This document shows, in pieces, positions 18,710 through 28,172 of a DNA stretch of 64,000 bases. Position 1 is the first letter of the stretch, and every line of letters begins with the position of its first letter. The position numbers were made by a program, and so were the translations under genes. The DNA comes from Candidatus Latescibacterota bacterium (GTDB taxonomy: Bacteria; Latescibacterota; UBA2968; UBA8231): contig OZ241362.1 of assembly GCA_965200315.1 (NCBI GenBank), forward strand, positions 4,032,001 to 4,096,000. Reading direction: 5' to 3'. The notes under the pieces are model-generated. The model was not told where the DNA came from and did not search any database. It saw nothing but the letters and a program-made list of their open reading frames with translations.

Positions 18710-19732
18710 TTAAGCCACACATAAAAAATCTCTTCCCTCTACCAATTCCAAGCCAGCCAACGCCTCTCGAATCAGTGCCCGCGCCCCCCGCGACGCCACA
18801 GCCGCCAATAGAATCGGCCGCTCGTAGCGCGTCCACCACGCCAGCAAGTCATCCGGCCCGATCACGGGCTTGCGCCGCAAGGTGCCGCCGATTTTCTTGG
18901 GCGCGATATCGACAAATACATCGGGAGCGCGTCCTTTGCGCTCCAAGTGCTTGGCGAGCCGGCGGCCGGTCTTGCCCGCGCCCCAGACGGCCAGCCCGTC
19001 CCGCCCTTGCAGCGGCCCAGCGCAAAGATAATGCGCTTTGGCGCGGAGGAAATTCTCCACCGAGTAGCGGCCCTGCACGTGTGTAGCCCGCCGCGGATGC
19101 TCGCGCCAGTAGTGCAAAACCTCCGGCACCTTGGCAAAGCGCTTGCCCGTCGCTCGATAGCGCAACCACAGATCGTAGTCTTCCGGCCATCCCCGGTCTT
19201 GGTAGCCCCCTAAGTCCACCAATTCCTCGCGGCGCATCATGGCCGACGGATTGGCGATGGGACTTTCAATAAAAAACTCTCGTTCAATCGCCGTGCTATC
19301 CACCAAGCCGTTTAACCAAGCCTCGTACACCAACATCCCCTCCCCGGTCTCTTGGCGCGGAAATATCTCCACCAAGCAACTCACTACGCTCAAGTTGGAA
19401 TCCCCTTCCAACCACGCGAGTTGTTTTTCCAAACGCTCGGGATGCATCCGGTCGTCGGCGTCCATCCGCGCCACGTACGCGCCCCGACACAAGGCCAAGC
19501 CCCGGTTAGGAGCTTCGACAATACCTTGGTGGTCGGATAGCACCGCCCTAAAGCGGGAGTCGCGGCGACTCCATTCCAACAGCATGTCGCCGCTCTCGTC
19601 CTCCGAGCCGTCGTCTATGGCCACGACCTCAAAATTTTCGCAACTCTGGGCTCGGATGCTCTCTAGCGTTTCCACTAGCGTGGCGGCTGCGTTGAACACC
19701 GGCAGTAGTACCGATATGCGGGGTGTTTTCAC
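18710..19732 (-). CDS. GT2 glycosyltransferase with C-terminal Rossmann-like domain (QTGAL/B3GNTL1-like)
   Basis: SVLLPVFN, IDDGSED, ARMDADD, PEDYDLW, then VWGAGKTGRRL. GTG start at VKTPRIS assumed. Confidence 0.85.
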   Translation of the reverse strand: MKTPRISVLLPVFNAAATLVETLESIRAQSCENFEVVAIDDGSEDESGDMLLEWSRRDSRFRAVLSDHQGIVEAPNRGLALCRGAYVARMDADDRMHPERLEKQLAWLEGDSNLSVVSCLVEIFPRQETGEGMLVYEAWLNGLVDSTAIEREFFIESPIANPSAMMRREELVDLGGYQDRGWPEDYDLWLRYRATGKRFAKVPEVLHYWREHPRRATHVQGRYSVENFLRAKAHYLCAGPLQGRDGLAVWGAGKTGRRLAKHLERKGRAPDVFVDIAPKKIGGTLRRKPVIGPDDLLAWWTRYERPILLAAVASRGARALIREALAGLELVEGRDFLCVA

Positions 19733-19790
19733 GATTGCGAGTGTGCAAGAGCTTGACATTTTTCCGCTCAATGCCCGATTTTTAATCCCT

Positions 19791-20552
19791 ATGATACATC
19801 TCAAATCAGCCTTGGAAATCGACCGCATCCGAGCCAGTTGCCGCATCGCCGCCGAAGCCATGCTCCGCGTCGAAGAGGCCCTCGCGCCCGGAGTCACAAC
19901 CCTCCACCTCGATCAAATAGCCGATCGCTACATCCGCAGCCAAGGGGCCGTCGCCAGCGCCTTGGGCTACCGCGGCTTTCCCCGCAGCATCTGCGTCTCG
20001 GTCAACGACGAAGTCGTCCACGGCATCCCCGGGGACCGCGTCCTGCAAGCGGGAGACATCCTCGCCGTTGACATTGCCGTTAAAAAGGATGGCTTTCACG
20101 GCGACATGAACGTCACCATGAAAGCCGGCTGCGTCGCCCCCAAAGCCCAGCGCCTGCTCGACGCCACGCGCCAGAGCTTGGAGGAGGGGTTGGCTGCCTG
20201 CACACCTGGACGACGCCTCGGCGATATTGGCCACGCCATCCAAAGCTATGTCGAAGCGCACGGCTTTTCCATCGTGCGCACGTATTGCGGCCACGGCATT
20301 GGCCGCAACTTCCACGAGGAGCCCCAATTGCTCCACTACGGCAAGGCTGGTACGGGCCGCCGCCTGCAAAACGGCATGGTATTTACCATTGAGCCAATGG
20401 TCAACGAGGGCGCACACGATACGCACGTGCTCGATGACGACTGGACGGCCGTCACTGCCGACGGCAAGCTCTCGGCCCAATACGAACACACCGTGGCCGT
20501 CACCCACGACGGGCCGGACGTGCTGTCGCGCTTTGCCGATCTGCCGTACTGA
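19791..20552 (+). CDS. map: type I methionine aminopeptidase
   Basis: CVSVNDEVVHGIP, DGFHGD, GHGIG..FHEEP, FTIEPM, SAQYEHT. Confidence 0.96.
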   Translation: MIHLKSALEIDRIRASCRIAAEAMLRVEEALAPGVTTLHLDQIADRYIRSQGAVASALGYRGFPRSICVSVNDEVVHGIPGDRVLQAGDILAVDIAVKKDGFHGDMNVTMKAGCVAPKAQRLLDATRQSLEEGLAACTPGRRLGDIGHAIQSYVEAHGFSIVRTYCGHGIGRNFHEEPQLLHYGKAGTGRRLQNGMVFTIEPMVNEGAHDTHVLDDDWTAVTADGKLSAQYEHTVAVTHDGPDVLSRFADLPY

Positions 20553-20610
20553 TCTTGCTCAGCGGTGACATTTTCTTATTTTTTTAAGTTCATCTCACAA
20601 GGAGAACAGC

Positions 20611-20904
20611 ATGGCAAGGCCGAGAAAAGTCCAATCTAACAGCGACGATGACAACGCTGACTTTCCGTTTGATCCCGGTACGCAGATCGAGTTGGAAATG
20701 GAAGACACCTGCTGCGTCACTGGCGAGCCAGTTGATTTCAGCTTTTGTCGCTTTCCCGACTACAAAAATGGCACGATGATGGTCATGTCCAAGAGCGAGA
20801 TGCTCACACACCTGTGCGCTGGCGACTCCATCACCAAATTCAAAGAAGTGCTAGTCGAGCGCCACGGCGAGGAAGTCTTAGCGGAGCACTACTCCAACTA
20901 CTAA
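20611..20904 (+). CDS. hypothetical 97-aa protein
   Basis: Strong AAGGAG RBS, own AT-rich upstream region, and a terminator directly after. Confidence 0.75.
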   Translation: MARPRKVQSNSDDDNADFPFDPGTQIELEMEDTCCVTGEPVDFSFCRFPDYKNGTMMVMSKSEMLTHLCAGDSITKFKEVLVERHGEEVLAEHYSNY

Positions 20905-20926
20905 AACAACGCCCTATCACCTATAT

Positions 20927-20969
20927 GCAAAAGAAGGGATGGTTCCATGCGGACCATCCCTTCTTTTGC
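20927..20969. terminator. bidirectional intrinsic terminator
   Basis: Perfect 17-bp inverted repeat GCAAAAGAAGGGATGGT...ACCATCCCTTCTTTTGC between convergent genes. Confidence 0.85.
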
Positions 20970-20983
20970 TATATGCCGATGTC

Positions 20984-21547
20984 CTATGAGCGAGCCAACA
21001 AGGTCTCTATATCCTCGCTGAATACTCCACGGGGATTGAGTTGGCCTCTCTTGTCGCGCGGCACGCCTATGTGCCTCTTGTACACGCGGCCTTGGCGATC
21101 AAAAATAAAGGTGAGCGGCACGCCTACCCGCGCCAAGTTTCCTTTGTAGAAGGCGCGGAGTAACTCGTGTTGGCCATCGTGAACCACCGGGTAGTTAATG
21201 GCCAAGCGCTCGACAAACTCGCCTATTAGGGGTAGGACGCGTTCGGGGGGACCTTGATCTAGGGAAATGCCAATAATCGCCACCTGTTCGGGGTCGTACT
21301 CATTGCCCATCTCGACTAAGGCTGGGATCTCGAAGCGACACGGGCCGCACCACGTCGCCCAGAAGTTGACCAGGACTACCTTGCCCTCGTAATCGCGCAA
21401 ATCCAAACTCTGGCCCTGATAGTCGCTCCACTTAGCAGCCTGCGGAGGAAAGAGCTTGGCTTCTTCCGGCTCGGACTCGGAGGAGCCACAGCCCAACGCT
21501 AGAAGTGCCAACCCGATTGCAAGCCCTTTGATCGCCATTGCGCGCAT
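20984..21547 (-). CDS. TlpA/ResA-family thiol-disulfide oxidoreductase lipoprotein
   Basis: Lipobox LALGC and GKVVLVNFWATWCGPC. Confidence 0.9.
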   Translation of the reverse strand: MRAMAIKGLAIGLALLALGCGSSESEPEEAKLFPPQAAKWSDYQGQSLDLRDYEGKVVLVNFWATWCGPCRFEIPALVEMGNEYDPEQVAIIGISLDQGPPERVLPLIGEFVERLAINYPVVHDGQHELLRAFYKGNLARVGVPLTFIFDRQGRVYKRHIGVPRDKRGQLNPRGVFSEDIETLLARS

Positions 21548-21562
21548 AGTTACGTCCTGTAC

Positions 21563-24500
21563 TTAACTGGAGTAGCCTGAGGGAGCCACGGATACTTGCC
21601 TTTTGGGATTCAGCCAGGTGGAGCGAGGGCCGATCAATTCCTCAATGCCGAGCAGCAAATCGTCGCAGGGATTGACGCGAATGGTCCTTGAGCGCACCAT
21701 TTTGTCCTGCTCGCCGCCGTTTTGGAGCCGGAGCCACAACTCGCAATCGCCCGTGTAGCGCTCGCACAGTTGGCGCAACCGCCTGAGCAGGGGGTCGCCC
21801 ACTTTCTGGTAGGGCAGCGACAACGTGACCGACTCGGTGAGTTCCGCTCGCGCCGATTTGAGGGGCAGCGCACGGTCGGCCTGTAAACTCAGGCGTCCAT
21901 TGCGCTCGCAAACGCGGCCCTCTACGAGGATGGTTTCGCCTTCCACGAGTAGCTGTTGGTGGTTGGCGAAGGCTTCGGAGAAAAACGCGATATCGCCCGT
22001 GCCATTGAGGTCTTTGAGCGTGACAAAGGCAAAGGGATTGCCTCGGCGGTCAAAGAGCTTGCGCACCTCCTCGACTAGGCCACCGACTCGCAGCGACGCG
22101 CCGTTGAGCTGCCCATCTATCTCGTTTAGAGGTCGCACGAAGTTTTTGAGATCGCGGGTGTAGGGCTTGAGTGGATGGCTGGAGATATAAAGGCCCAATA
22201 AGTCGCGTTCCTTGGCCAGCTTTTCGCGCTCGGACCACTCCTCGACCTCGGGCAAGTCCTGTACTATCAGTTCGGACGAACCACCGCCGTCAAAAAGGCT
22301 GATCTGCCCCTTTTCTCGGTCTTCTTGGGCCTTACCCGCAGCCTTTAACGCCAGATCTAGCGCCTCCATTTTCTGCGCACGATGGCCTTCAAGGCTGTCT
22401 AATGCGCCAGCAGCAATCAGACTCTCAACCACGCGCCGGTTGACCGCGCGCGAATCAATGCGCTCGCAGAACTCGAAGAGAGTGGCAAACGGCCCGTCTG
22501 CAATCCGCGTACCGACCATGTTCTGCACTGCGCCTTCGCCGACGTTCTTGATCGCCGCTAGGCCGTAGCGAATGCCTTCGTCTGTCGGCGTGAAGTTGAG
22601 CGCACTCTGGTTGACATCGGGCGGCAGGACCGGGATGCCCATGCGACGGCATTCGTCGAGCAATACAGTCAGCCGGTCGGTGCTGGAGCGCTCAATGGTC
22701 AGGCTAGCGGCCATGTACTCTTGGGAATAGTTGGCCTTGAGGTACGCGTCTTTGTACGCACCTTCGGCATAGCAGACCGAGTGCGACTTGTTGAAAGCGT
22801 AGCCGGCAAAAATCTCGATCTCGCTAAAGAGCTTGTTGGCCAACGACTTTTCCACCCCGTTTGCAACGCAGCCGCCGACGAAGTCCTTTTTGACCTTGGC
22901 CATTTCCTCGGGCTTTTTCTTGCCCATCGCCTTGCGCAAAATATCGGCTTGGCCGAGGGTGAAACCGGCCAGCTCTTGGGCGATGCGCATGACCTGCTCC
23001 TGATAGACCATAATCCCATAGGTCGGCTCCAAAATCGACTTCAACTTGGGGTGATCGTAGGAGACGGCCTCTTCGCCGCGCTTGCGGGCGATAAAGGTCG
23101 GTATATTGTCCATTGGCCCCGGGCGATAGAGGGCATTCATAGCGATAATGTCTTCTATGGTGTCCGGCTTGAGCTTGCTCAGGTATTCGCGCATCCCCGC
23201 AGACTCAAACTGGAAAACGCCGATCGTCTCGCCGCGTCCGAACAGGTCGAACGTGGCCCGGTCGTCCCACGGAATGGTTTCCAAATCAAAGTTCGGCTCC
23301 TTGAGTTGAATCAGGCGCACGGCCTCATCGACCAGCGACAGCGCGGTCAAGCCCAAGATGTCCATCTTCAGCAAGCCGAGGTCCATGCAGGTCTCGCCGA
23401 CGAACTGGGTGGTTATAGTCCCGTCTTTGGGGGCGCGATACAGCGGCACGTAGTCGGTCAGCTCGCCGGGAGCGATGATGACCGCGCAGGCGTGGACCGA
23501 AGCGTGGCGCGCCATGCCCTCCAGCTTGCGGGCGTATTCAACCAACTTGCCCTCGTTGCCGGGCGCTTGGGCCACCTGCTGTAGCTCGGGCACCCGCTCA
23601 ATGGCTTTGTCGAGGGTAATTTTCAGTTCGGTCGGTACCTGCTTGGCAATGCGATCAACCTCGTCAAAGGGCATGCCCAAGACCCGCCCGACATCGCGCA
23701 CCACCGCTTTAGCCCCCATAGTCCCAAATGTGATGACCCGCGAGACGTTGCCCTCGCCGTACTTATCCACCACATAGCGCAGCACCTCGTCGCGCCGGGT
23801 GTCGTCAAAGTCAATGTCGATATCGGGTGGCTCAATGCGCTCGGGATTGAGGAAGCGCTCAAAGATCAGGTCGTATTTGATGGGATCTACATTGGTAATG
23901 CCGAGGCAATACGAGGCCAAGCAGCCAGCGGCCGAGCCGCGTCCCGGCCCCACGGAAATGCCCTGACTACGGGCGTAGTTGACAAGGTCCCAGACGATGA
24001 GAAAATAACCGGAAAAATCCTGACTGGTGATGACATTTAGCTCGTAGTCAAGCCGATCCTGCACGGCCGGATCGACGGTGCCGTAACGCCGCTCCAAGCC
24101 CTCCTGCGCCAGTTGCGTCAGATAGTCGTCGCTGGAATTGTAGCCAGCCGGGATCGAAAAATCCGGCATATAGGTCTTCCCGAACTCCAGCTCGACGTTG
24201 CACTTATCGGCAATCTCGAGAGTCCGCTCCAGCGCGTCGGGCAAATCCGCAAACAGCGTTCGCATCTCTTCGGGACTCTTCATGTATAGTCCGTCGGGAT
24301 AACACAGGCGATTTTTCTCGTCAACCGTCTTGTTCATCTGAATGCAGATCAGGGCGTCGTGGGCGTCGTGGTCGGTGGCGCGCAGGAAGTGGAAGTCGTT
24401 GGTGGCCACCAGCGGCACTCCGAGCTTGCGATGCAGCTTGAGCAGGCCGTCGTTCACCTTGGCTTCAGGGTCGATGTCATGGCGCTGGATCTCCAAGTAG

Positions 24501-25021
24501 TAGTCGTCGCCGAAGATGTCCATAAACTCGCGGGCGACCTTTTCGGCTGCGGCGAGCCCCTCGCGCTGGATCAGGTGCGGAATCTCGCCGCCAATGCAGG
24601 CCGACATGCAAATCAGGCCCTCGGCGTGTTCGCGCAAAAGCTCCTTGTCTATGCGGGGATTGTAGTAGTAGCCTTCGAGATAGCCCTTGGAGACGAGCTT
24701 GGTCAGATTGCGGTAGCCAGTGGCGTCTTTGGCCAGCAAAATTAGGTGATTAGAGGCGTGAGTTAGACCTCGGGCGGCCTGGCGCAAGTGGCGGCTATCA
24801 ATCGCCACATAGACCTCGCAGCCGATGATGGGCTTAATGCCAGCGTCTTGGCAGGTCTTGTAGTGTTCGATGACGCCGAAGAGGTTGCCGTGATCTGTAA
24901 GGGCCAAGGCGGGCATGCCCTGCTCGGCCGCCAACTCGGCCATCTCACCTACCCGGCACCCTCCATCAAGCAGACTGTATTCGCTGTGACCGTGTAAATG
25001 GACGAAACCAGCCGAAGCCAT
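21563..25021 (-). CDS. dnaE: DNA polymerase III alpha subunit
   Basis: PHP domain HLHGHSEYSLLDG, PGRGSAAG, PDIDIDF, GLLKMDILGL, YAFNKSH. Confidence 0.97.
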   Translation of the reverse strand: MASAGFVHLHGHSEYSLLDGGCRVGEMAELAAEQGMPALALTDHGNLFGVIEHYKTCQDAGIKPIIGCEVYVAIDSRHLRQAARGLTHASNHLILLAKDATGYRNLTKLVSKGYLEGYYYNPRIDKELLREHAEGLICMSACIGGEIPHLIQREGLAAAEKVAREFMDIFGDDYYLEIQRHDIDPEAKVNDGLLKLHRKLGVPLVATNDFHFLRATDHDAHDALICIQMNKTVDEKNRLCYPDGLYMKSPEEMRTLFADLPDALERTLEIADKCNVELEFGKTYMPDFSIPAGYNSSDDYLTQLAQEGLERRYGTVDPAVQDRLDYELNVITSQDFSGYFLIVWDLVNYARSQGISVGPGRGSAAGCLASYCLGITNVDPIKYDLIFERFLNPERIEPPDIDIDFDDTRRDEVLRYVVDKYGEGNVSRVITFGTMGAKAVVRDVGRVLGMPFDEVDRIAKQVPTELKITLDKAIERVPELQQVAQAPGNEGKLVEYARKLEGMARHASVHACAVIIAPGELTDYVPLYRAPKDGTITTQFVGETCMDLGLLKMDILGLTALSLVDEAVRLIQLKEPNFDLETIPWDDRATFDLFGRGETIGVFQFESAGMREYLSKLKPDTIEDIIAMNALYRPGPMDNIPTFIARKRGEEAVSYDHPKLKSILEPTYGIMVYQEQVMRIAQELAGFTLGQADILRKAMGKKKPEEMAKVKKDFVGGCVANGVEKSLANKLFSEIEIFAGYAFNKSHSVCYAEGAYKDAYLKANYSQEYMAASLTIERSSTDRLTVLLDECRRMGIPVLPPDVNQSALNFTPTDEGIRYGLAAIKNVGEGAVQNMVGTRIADGPFATLFEFCERIDSRAVNRRVVESLIAAGALDSLEGHRAQKMEALDLALKAAGKAQEDREKGQISLFDGGGSSELIVQDLPEVEEWSEREKLAKERDLLGLYISSHPLKPYTRDLKNFVRPLNEIDGQLNGASLRVGGLVEEVRKLFDRRGNPFAFVTLKDLNGTGDIAFFSEAFANHQQLLVEGETILVEGRVCERNGRLSLQADRALPLKSARAELTESVTLSLPYQKVGDPLLRRLRQLCERYTGDCELWLRLQNGGEQDKMVRSRTIRVNPCDDLLLGIEELIGPRSTWLNPKRQVSVAPSGYSS

Positions 25022-25323
25022 GACCACCTCCGCTACCTGTATGCGCTAGAAAGAACTTCTGGACTTAGAGAACACGACCGAACAACGGACCGAACTGCCT
25101 AGGGAAGGGCGTCGCCTTGGGTGAAGCATAGCCAATTCAAAAGGGGATGTCAATGGCTCACAGAGGAGATTATTTTTTATAAAATGTTATTATTATTTTA
25201 TTTACGAAAAGAGAAATTTGTTGTATCCTGCTGACAAAACAGACTGTACCCACCTGCGCTGCGAACTTGTCGCAGGACACAGACCGGTCTATCTTTAGAT
25301 TCTTTACCGAGGAGATATATCTG

Positions 25324-25572
25324 ATGATCGACAAAGAACTGTTGGCGATTCTCGCCTGCCCCGAGACTAAAGAGCCAGTCGCGCTCGCCGAGGAAGAACT
25401 TATCGCCGCGCTCAACAGCCGCATTGCACGCGGGGAAGTCAAAAATCGGGCCGGTAAGCATGTAGCAGGCAAGATCGACGGCGGCCTAGTGCGCGCAGAT
25501 GGCGCGTACCTCTATCCGATCCAAGACGAAATCCCCATCCTGCTTCTCGACGAGGCCATTCCACTCGGCTAG
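25324..25572 (+). CDS. Trm112-like protein
   Basis: MIDKELLAILACPETK...YPIQDEIPILL.DEAI. GAGGAG RBS. Confidence 0.85.
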   Translation: MIDKELLAILACPETKEPVALAEEELIAALNSRIARGEVKNRAGKHVAGKIDGGLVRADGAYLYPIQDEIPILLLDEAIPLG

Positions 25573-25585
25573 TGCCCCGCACAAA

Positions 25586-25615
25586 AAAGGGACTGTGCGC
25601 TTATACAGTCCCTTT
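25586..25615. terminator. intrinsic terminator for the tRNA-Leu transcript (probably bidirectional)
   Basis: AAAGGGACTGT...ACAGTCCCTTT stem with a U-tract on the minus strand. Confidence 0.8.
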
Positions 25616-25630
25616 GTCAACTTACATGTA

Positions 25631-25715
25631 TGGTGCCGAAGCGGGGATTCGAACCCCGACGCCGTAAGGCACTGCCCCCTCAAGACAGCGTGTCTACCAA
25701 TTTCACCACTTCGGC
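25631..25715 (-). tRNA. tRNA-Leu (GAG)
   Basis: GCCGAAGTGGTGAAATTGGTAGACACGCTGTCTTGAGGGGGCAG...GGTTCGAATCCCCGCTTCGGCACCA. Long variable arm, and the usual position after secG. Confidence 0.96.
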
Positions 25716-25733
25716 AAAAACTAGTTTGGCCTG

Positions 25734-26123
25734 CTACTGAGCCTCAGCCGGTGGCTCCTCAGTGGTCGAGGTCTCAGCCGACTCTTCCTGCTCACCCAGC
25801 AAGTGCTCTGCTTCCGGGATGGCGGGCACCGCCGGCACCTGTTCCTCGGCCATCGTCCGTTGCGTCGCCGTCGTCGGAGTGGTCTCGGCCGTTTGAAAGG
25901 CCACGGACTGCACCAAACAGCTAAGCATAAAAGCCGTGGCCAAAACGGTCGTGGCCTTGGTCAGAAACGTAGCTGCGGTGCGGCCACCCAACACCGAGGA
26001 AGAGGCTAAGCCACCGCCGATTGATCCGGCCAAGCCGCCCCCCTTGCCCGCCTGCAAGAGCACGGTCACGACTAGGAGTACGCAAATCAGCACGTGAAAA
26101 ATAGTAAATAGAATCTCAAACAT
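25734..26123 (-). CDS. secG: preprotein translocase subunit SecG
   Basis: VLLQAGKGGGLAG, FLTKAT. tpiA-secG-tRNA-Leu synteny. Confidence 0.93.
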   Translation of the reverse strand: MFEILFTIFHVLICVLLVVTVLLQAGKGGGLAGSIGGGLASSSVLGGRTAATFLTKATTVLATAFMLSCLVQSVAFQTAETTPTTATQRTMAEEQVPAVPAIPEAEHLLGEQEESAETSTTEEPPAEAQ

Positions 26124-26208
26124 GATCTTATGATGGTTTCCAAGTTTTGGTAATTTTAAGAATTACCTCCACCTCAATTCGTAATTCCTAATTGAGATAA
26201 ATTTAAGG

Positions 26209-26961
26209 CTAAAGAGCGGCCTTCACAATAGCGGCAAACTGCCCGGCGTCCAGCGCAGCACCGCCGATCAAGCCCCCGTCGATGTTGTCTTGGGCAAAAA
26301 GCTCGGCTGCGTTTTCGGGTTTGACGCTGCCGCCGTACTGGATGCGCACCTCGTCAGCGGCTGATTTGCCCAAGCGCCCAGCGAGGAAATGGCGGATCAT
26401 CGCATGCACCTCTTCGGCTTGCACAGCCGTCGCCGTCACACCGGTCCCAATCGCCCAAACCGGCTCGTACGCCCACAGTACCCCCCTAGCTGCTCTCGCC
26501 TCAATCCCGGCTATAGCACTACCTACTTGGCCGAGGACGACCTCTTCAATTCGGCCAGCTTCGCGCCCTTGCAGGGTCTCTCCGACGCAGACGATTGGAC
26601 ACAGACCGGCTTGGAGGGCGCAGGCTAGCTTGCGGTTGACTAGCGAGTCGTCCTCGCCGCAAAACTGTCTTCGCTCGGAGTGCCCCAACAACACGTAAGA
26701 GCAACCAGCCGCCAAGAGCATGTCGGAGGATATTTCTCCGGTGAAAGCTCCCTGCCGCTCCGAGTGCATGTTCTGACCCCCCAGCCCAATGGCGCTGTCG
26801 GCAAGGGCGGTGCGCACGGTTTCCAAGCAGGTAAACGGCGGACAGACTACTACTTCTACGTCGAGCCCCGCGACGAGCGGCTTGATCCCTTCGACCAGTT
26901 CGACGGCCTCAGCAGCAGTCTTGTGCATCTTCCAGTTGCCAGCGACAATGGGCCGGCGCAT
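26209..26961 (-). CDS. tpiA: triosephosphate isomerase
   Basis: AGNWKM, GHSERR, AYEPVWAIGTG, YGGSVKP. Confidence 0.97.
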   Translation of the reverse strand: MRRPIVAGNWKMHKTAAEAVELVEGIKPLVAGLDVEVVVCPPFTCLETVRTALADSAIGLGGQNMHSERQGAFTGEISSDMLLAAGCSYVLLGHSERRQFCGEDDSLVNRKLACALQAGLCPIVCVGETLQGREAGRIEEVVLGQVGSAIAGIEARAARGVLWAYEPVWAIGTGVTATAVQAEEVHAMIRHFLAGRLGKSAADEVRIQYGGSVKPENAAELFAQDNIDGGLIGGAALDAGQFAAIVKAAL

Positions 26962-26962
26962 C

Positions 26963-28168
26963 TCAGTTTTCCTCATCGTCCAAAGCCGCTACCCCAGGCA
27001 AGACCCGCCCGCTCATGCACTCCAGCGAAGCCCCGCCTCCAGTGGAAATATGAGTCATCGCTTGGGCTAAGCCGGCCTGGGTTATAGCCGCGGCCGTGTC
27101 CCCACCGCCAATAATGCTCACAGCACCCTCGCGGGTGGCTGCCGCTAGGGCTTGGGCGATCTGTTGGGTCCCTTGGGCAAAGGGCACCATCTCGCACACT
27201 CCGAGAGGGCCGTTCCACACTATGGTGCCCCCTCGGGCGATCTGGTCGGCATAGCACTGCCGGGTCTGGAGACCGATGTCCATGCCCTGCCAACCGCGTG
27301 GTATGGCGTCGCGCTCAACCACTTGCGCGTGAGCGTCAACGGCAAAGCGGTCGGCGACCACGCAATCTGCGGGAAGCTGGAGATCCAATCCCTCCTTTTC
27401 GACTCGGGTCAATAGTTGCCGGGCCGTATCTAGGCACTCTTCTTCGAGCAGCGAATCCCCAATTTCCAGCCCCATGGCTTTAAAAAAGGTATAGGCCATG
27501 CCGCCGCCGATGAGCAGGGTATCCACTCGGTTGAGCAAGTGCTCAATCAGCGCGATCTTACCCGAAATTTTGGCCCCGCCCAAAACGGCGATAAAGGGCC
27601 GCTGCGGGCAACGCAGGGCCTCGTCGAGATAGGAAATTTCCCGCTCCATCAACAGGCCGCTAACCCCCACGCCCATACAGCGCGGCACCCCCTCAGTCGA
27701 GGCGTGGGCCCGGTGCGCCGCCCCAAAGGCGTCGTTGATATACGCATCGCCTAGCCCGGCCAACTGCTGGGCAAAAGTCCACTCGTTCTGCTCCTCTTCC
27801 GAGTGAAAGCGCACGTTCTCTAAGAGCAGGACCTGCCCCGGCTGCAAGGCAGCGGCTTGGGCTGCGACCTCGGCACCCACGCAGTCTGGAGCCATGCCCA
27901 CCGCACGGCCCAGCAACTGGCTCAGGCGCTCGGCTACCGGAGCTAGCGATAACGCGGGTATTCGCTGGCCGCGGGGGCGACCCAAGTGCGACATCAGAAG
28001 GACGGACGCACCCTGCGCCAACAAATGCTCGATCGTTGGTAGAGCGGCGCGAATCCGCGTGTCGTCAATGATTCGGCCGTTCTCGTCGTCGAGCGGCACG
28101 TTGAAATCCACTCGCACAAGGATCCGCTTGCCAGCGACATCGAGGTTTCTGATGGTGCGCTTAGCCAT
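26963..28168 (-). CDS. pgk: phosphoglycerate kinase
   Basis: RVDFNVP, SHLGRP, LLENVRF, GGAKISGK, ISTGGGASLE. Confidence 0.97.
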   Translation of the reverse strand: MAKRTIRNLDVAGKRILVRVDFNVPLDDENGRIIDDTRIRAALPTIEHLLAQGASVLLMSHLGRPRGQRIPALSLAPVAERLSQLLGRAVGMAPDCVGAEVAAQAAALQPGQVLLLENVRFHSEEEQNEWTFAQQLAGLGDAYINDAFGAAHRAHASTEGVPRCMGVGVSGLLMEREISYLDEALRCPQRPFIAVLGGAKISGKIALIEHLLNRVDTLLIGGGMAYTFFKAMGLEIGDSLLEEECLDTARQLLTRVEKEGLDLQLPADCVVADRFAVDAHAQVVERDAIPRGWQGMDIGLQTRQCYADQIARGGTIVWNGPLGVCEMVPFAQGTQQIAQALAAATREGAVSIIGGGDTAAAITQAGLAQAMTHISTGGGASLECMSGRVLPGVAALDDEEN

Positions 28169-28172
28169 GCTA

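Noticed and set aside
18710-20552. Long overlap of the GT2 and map ORFs in the track
   Set aside because: Artefact of upstream start choice. The likely starts (19732 and 19791) do not overlap.
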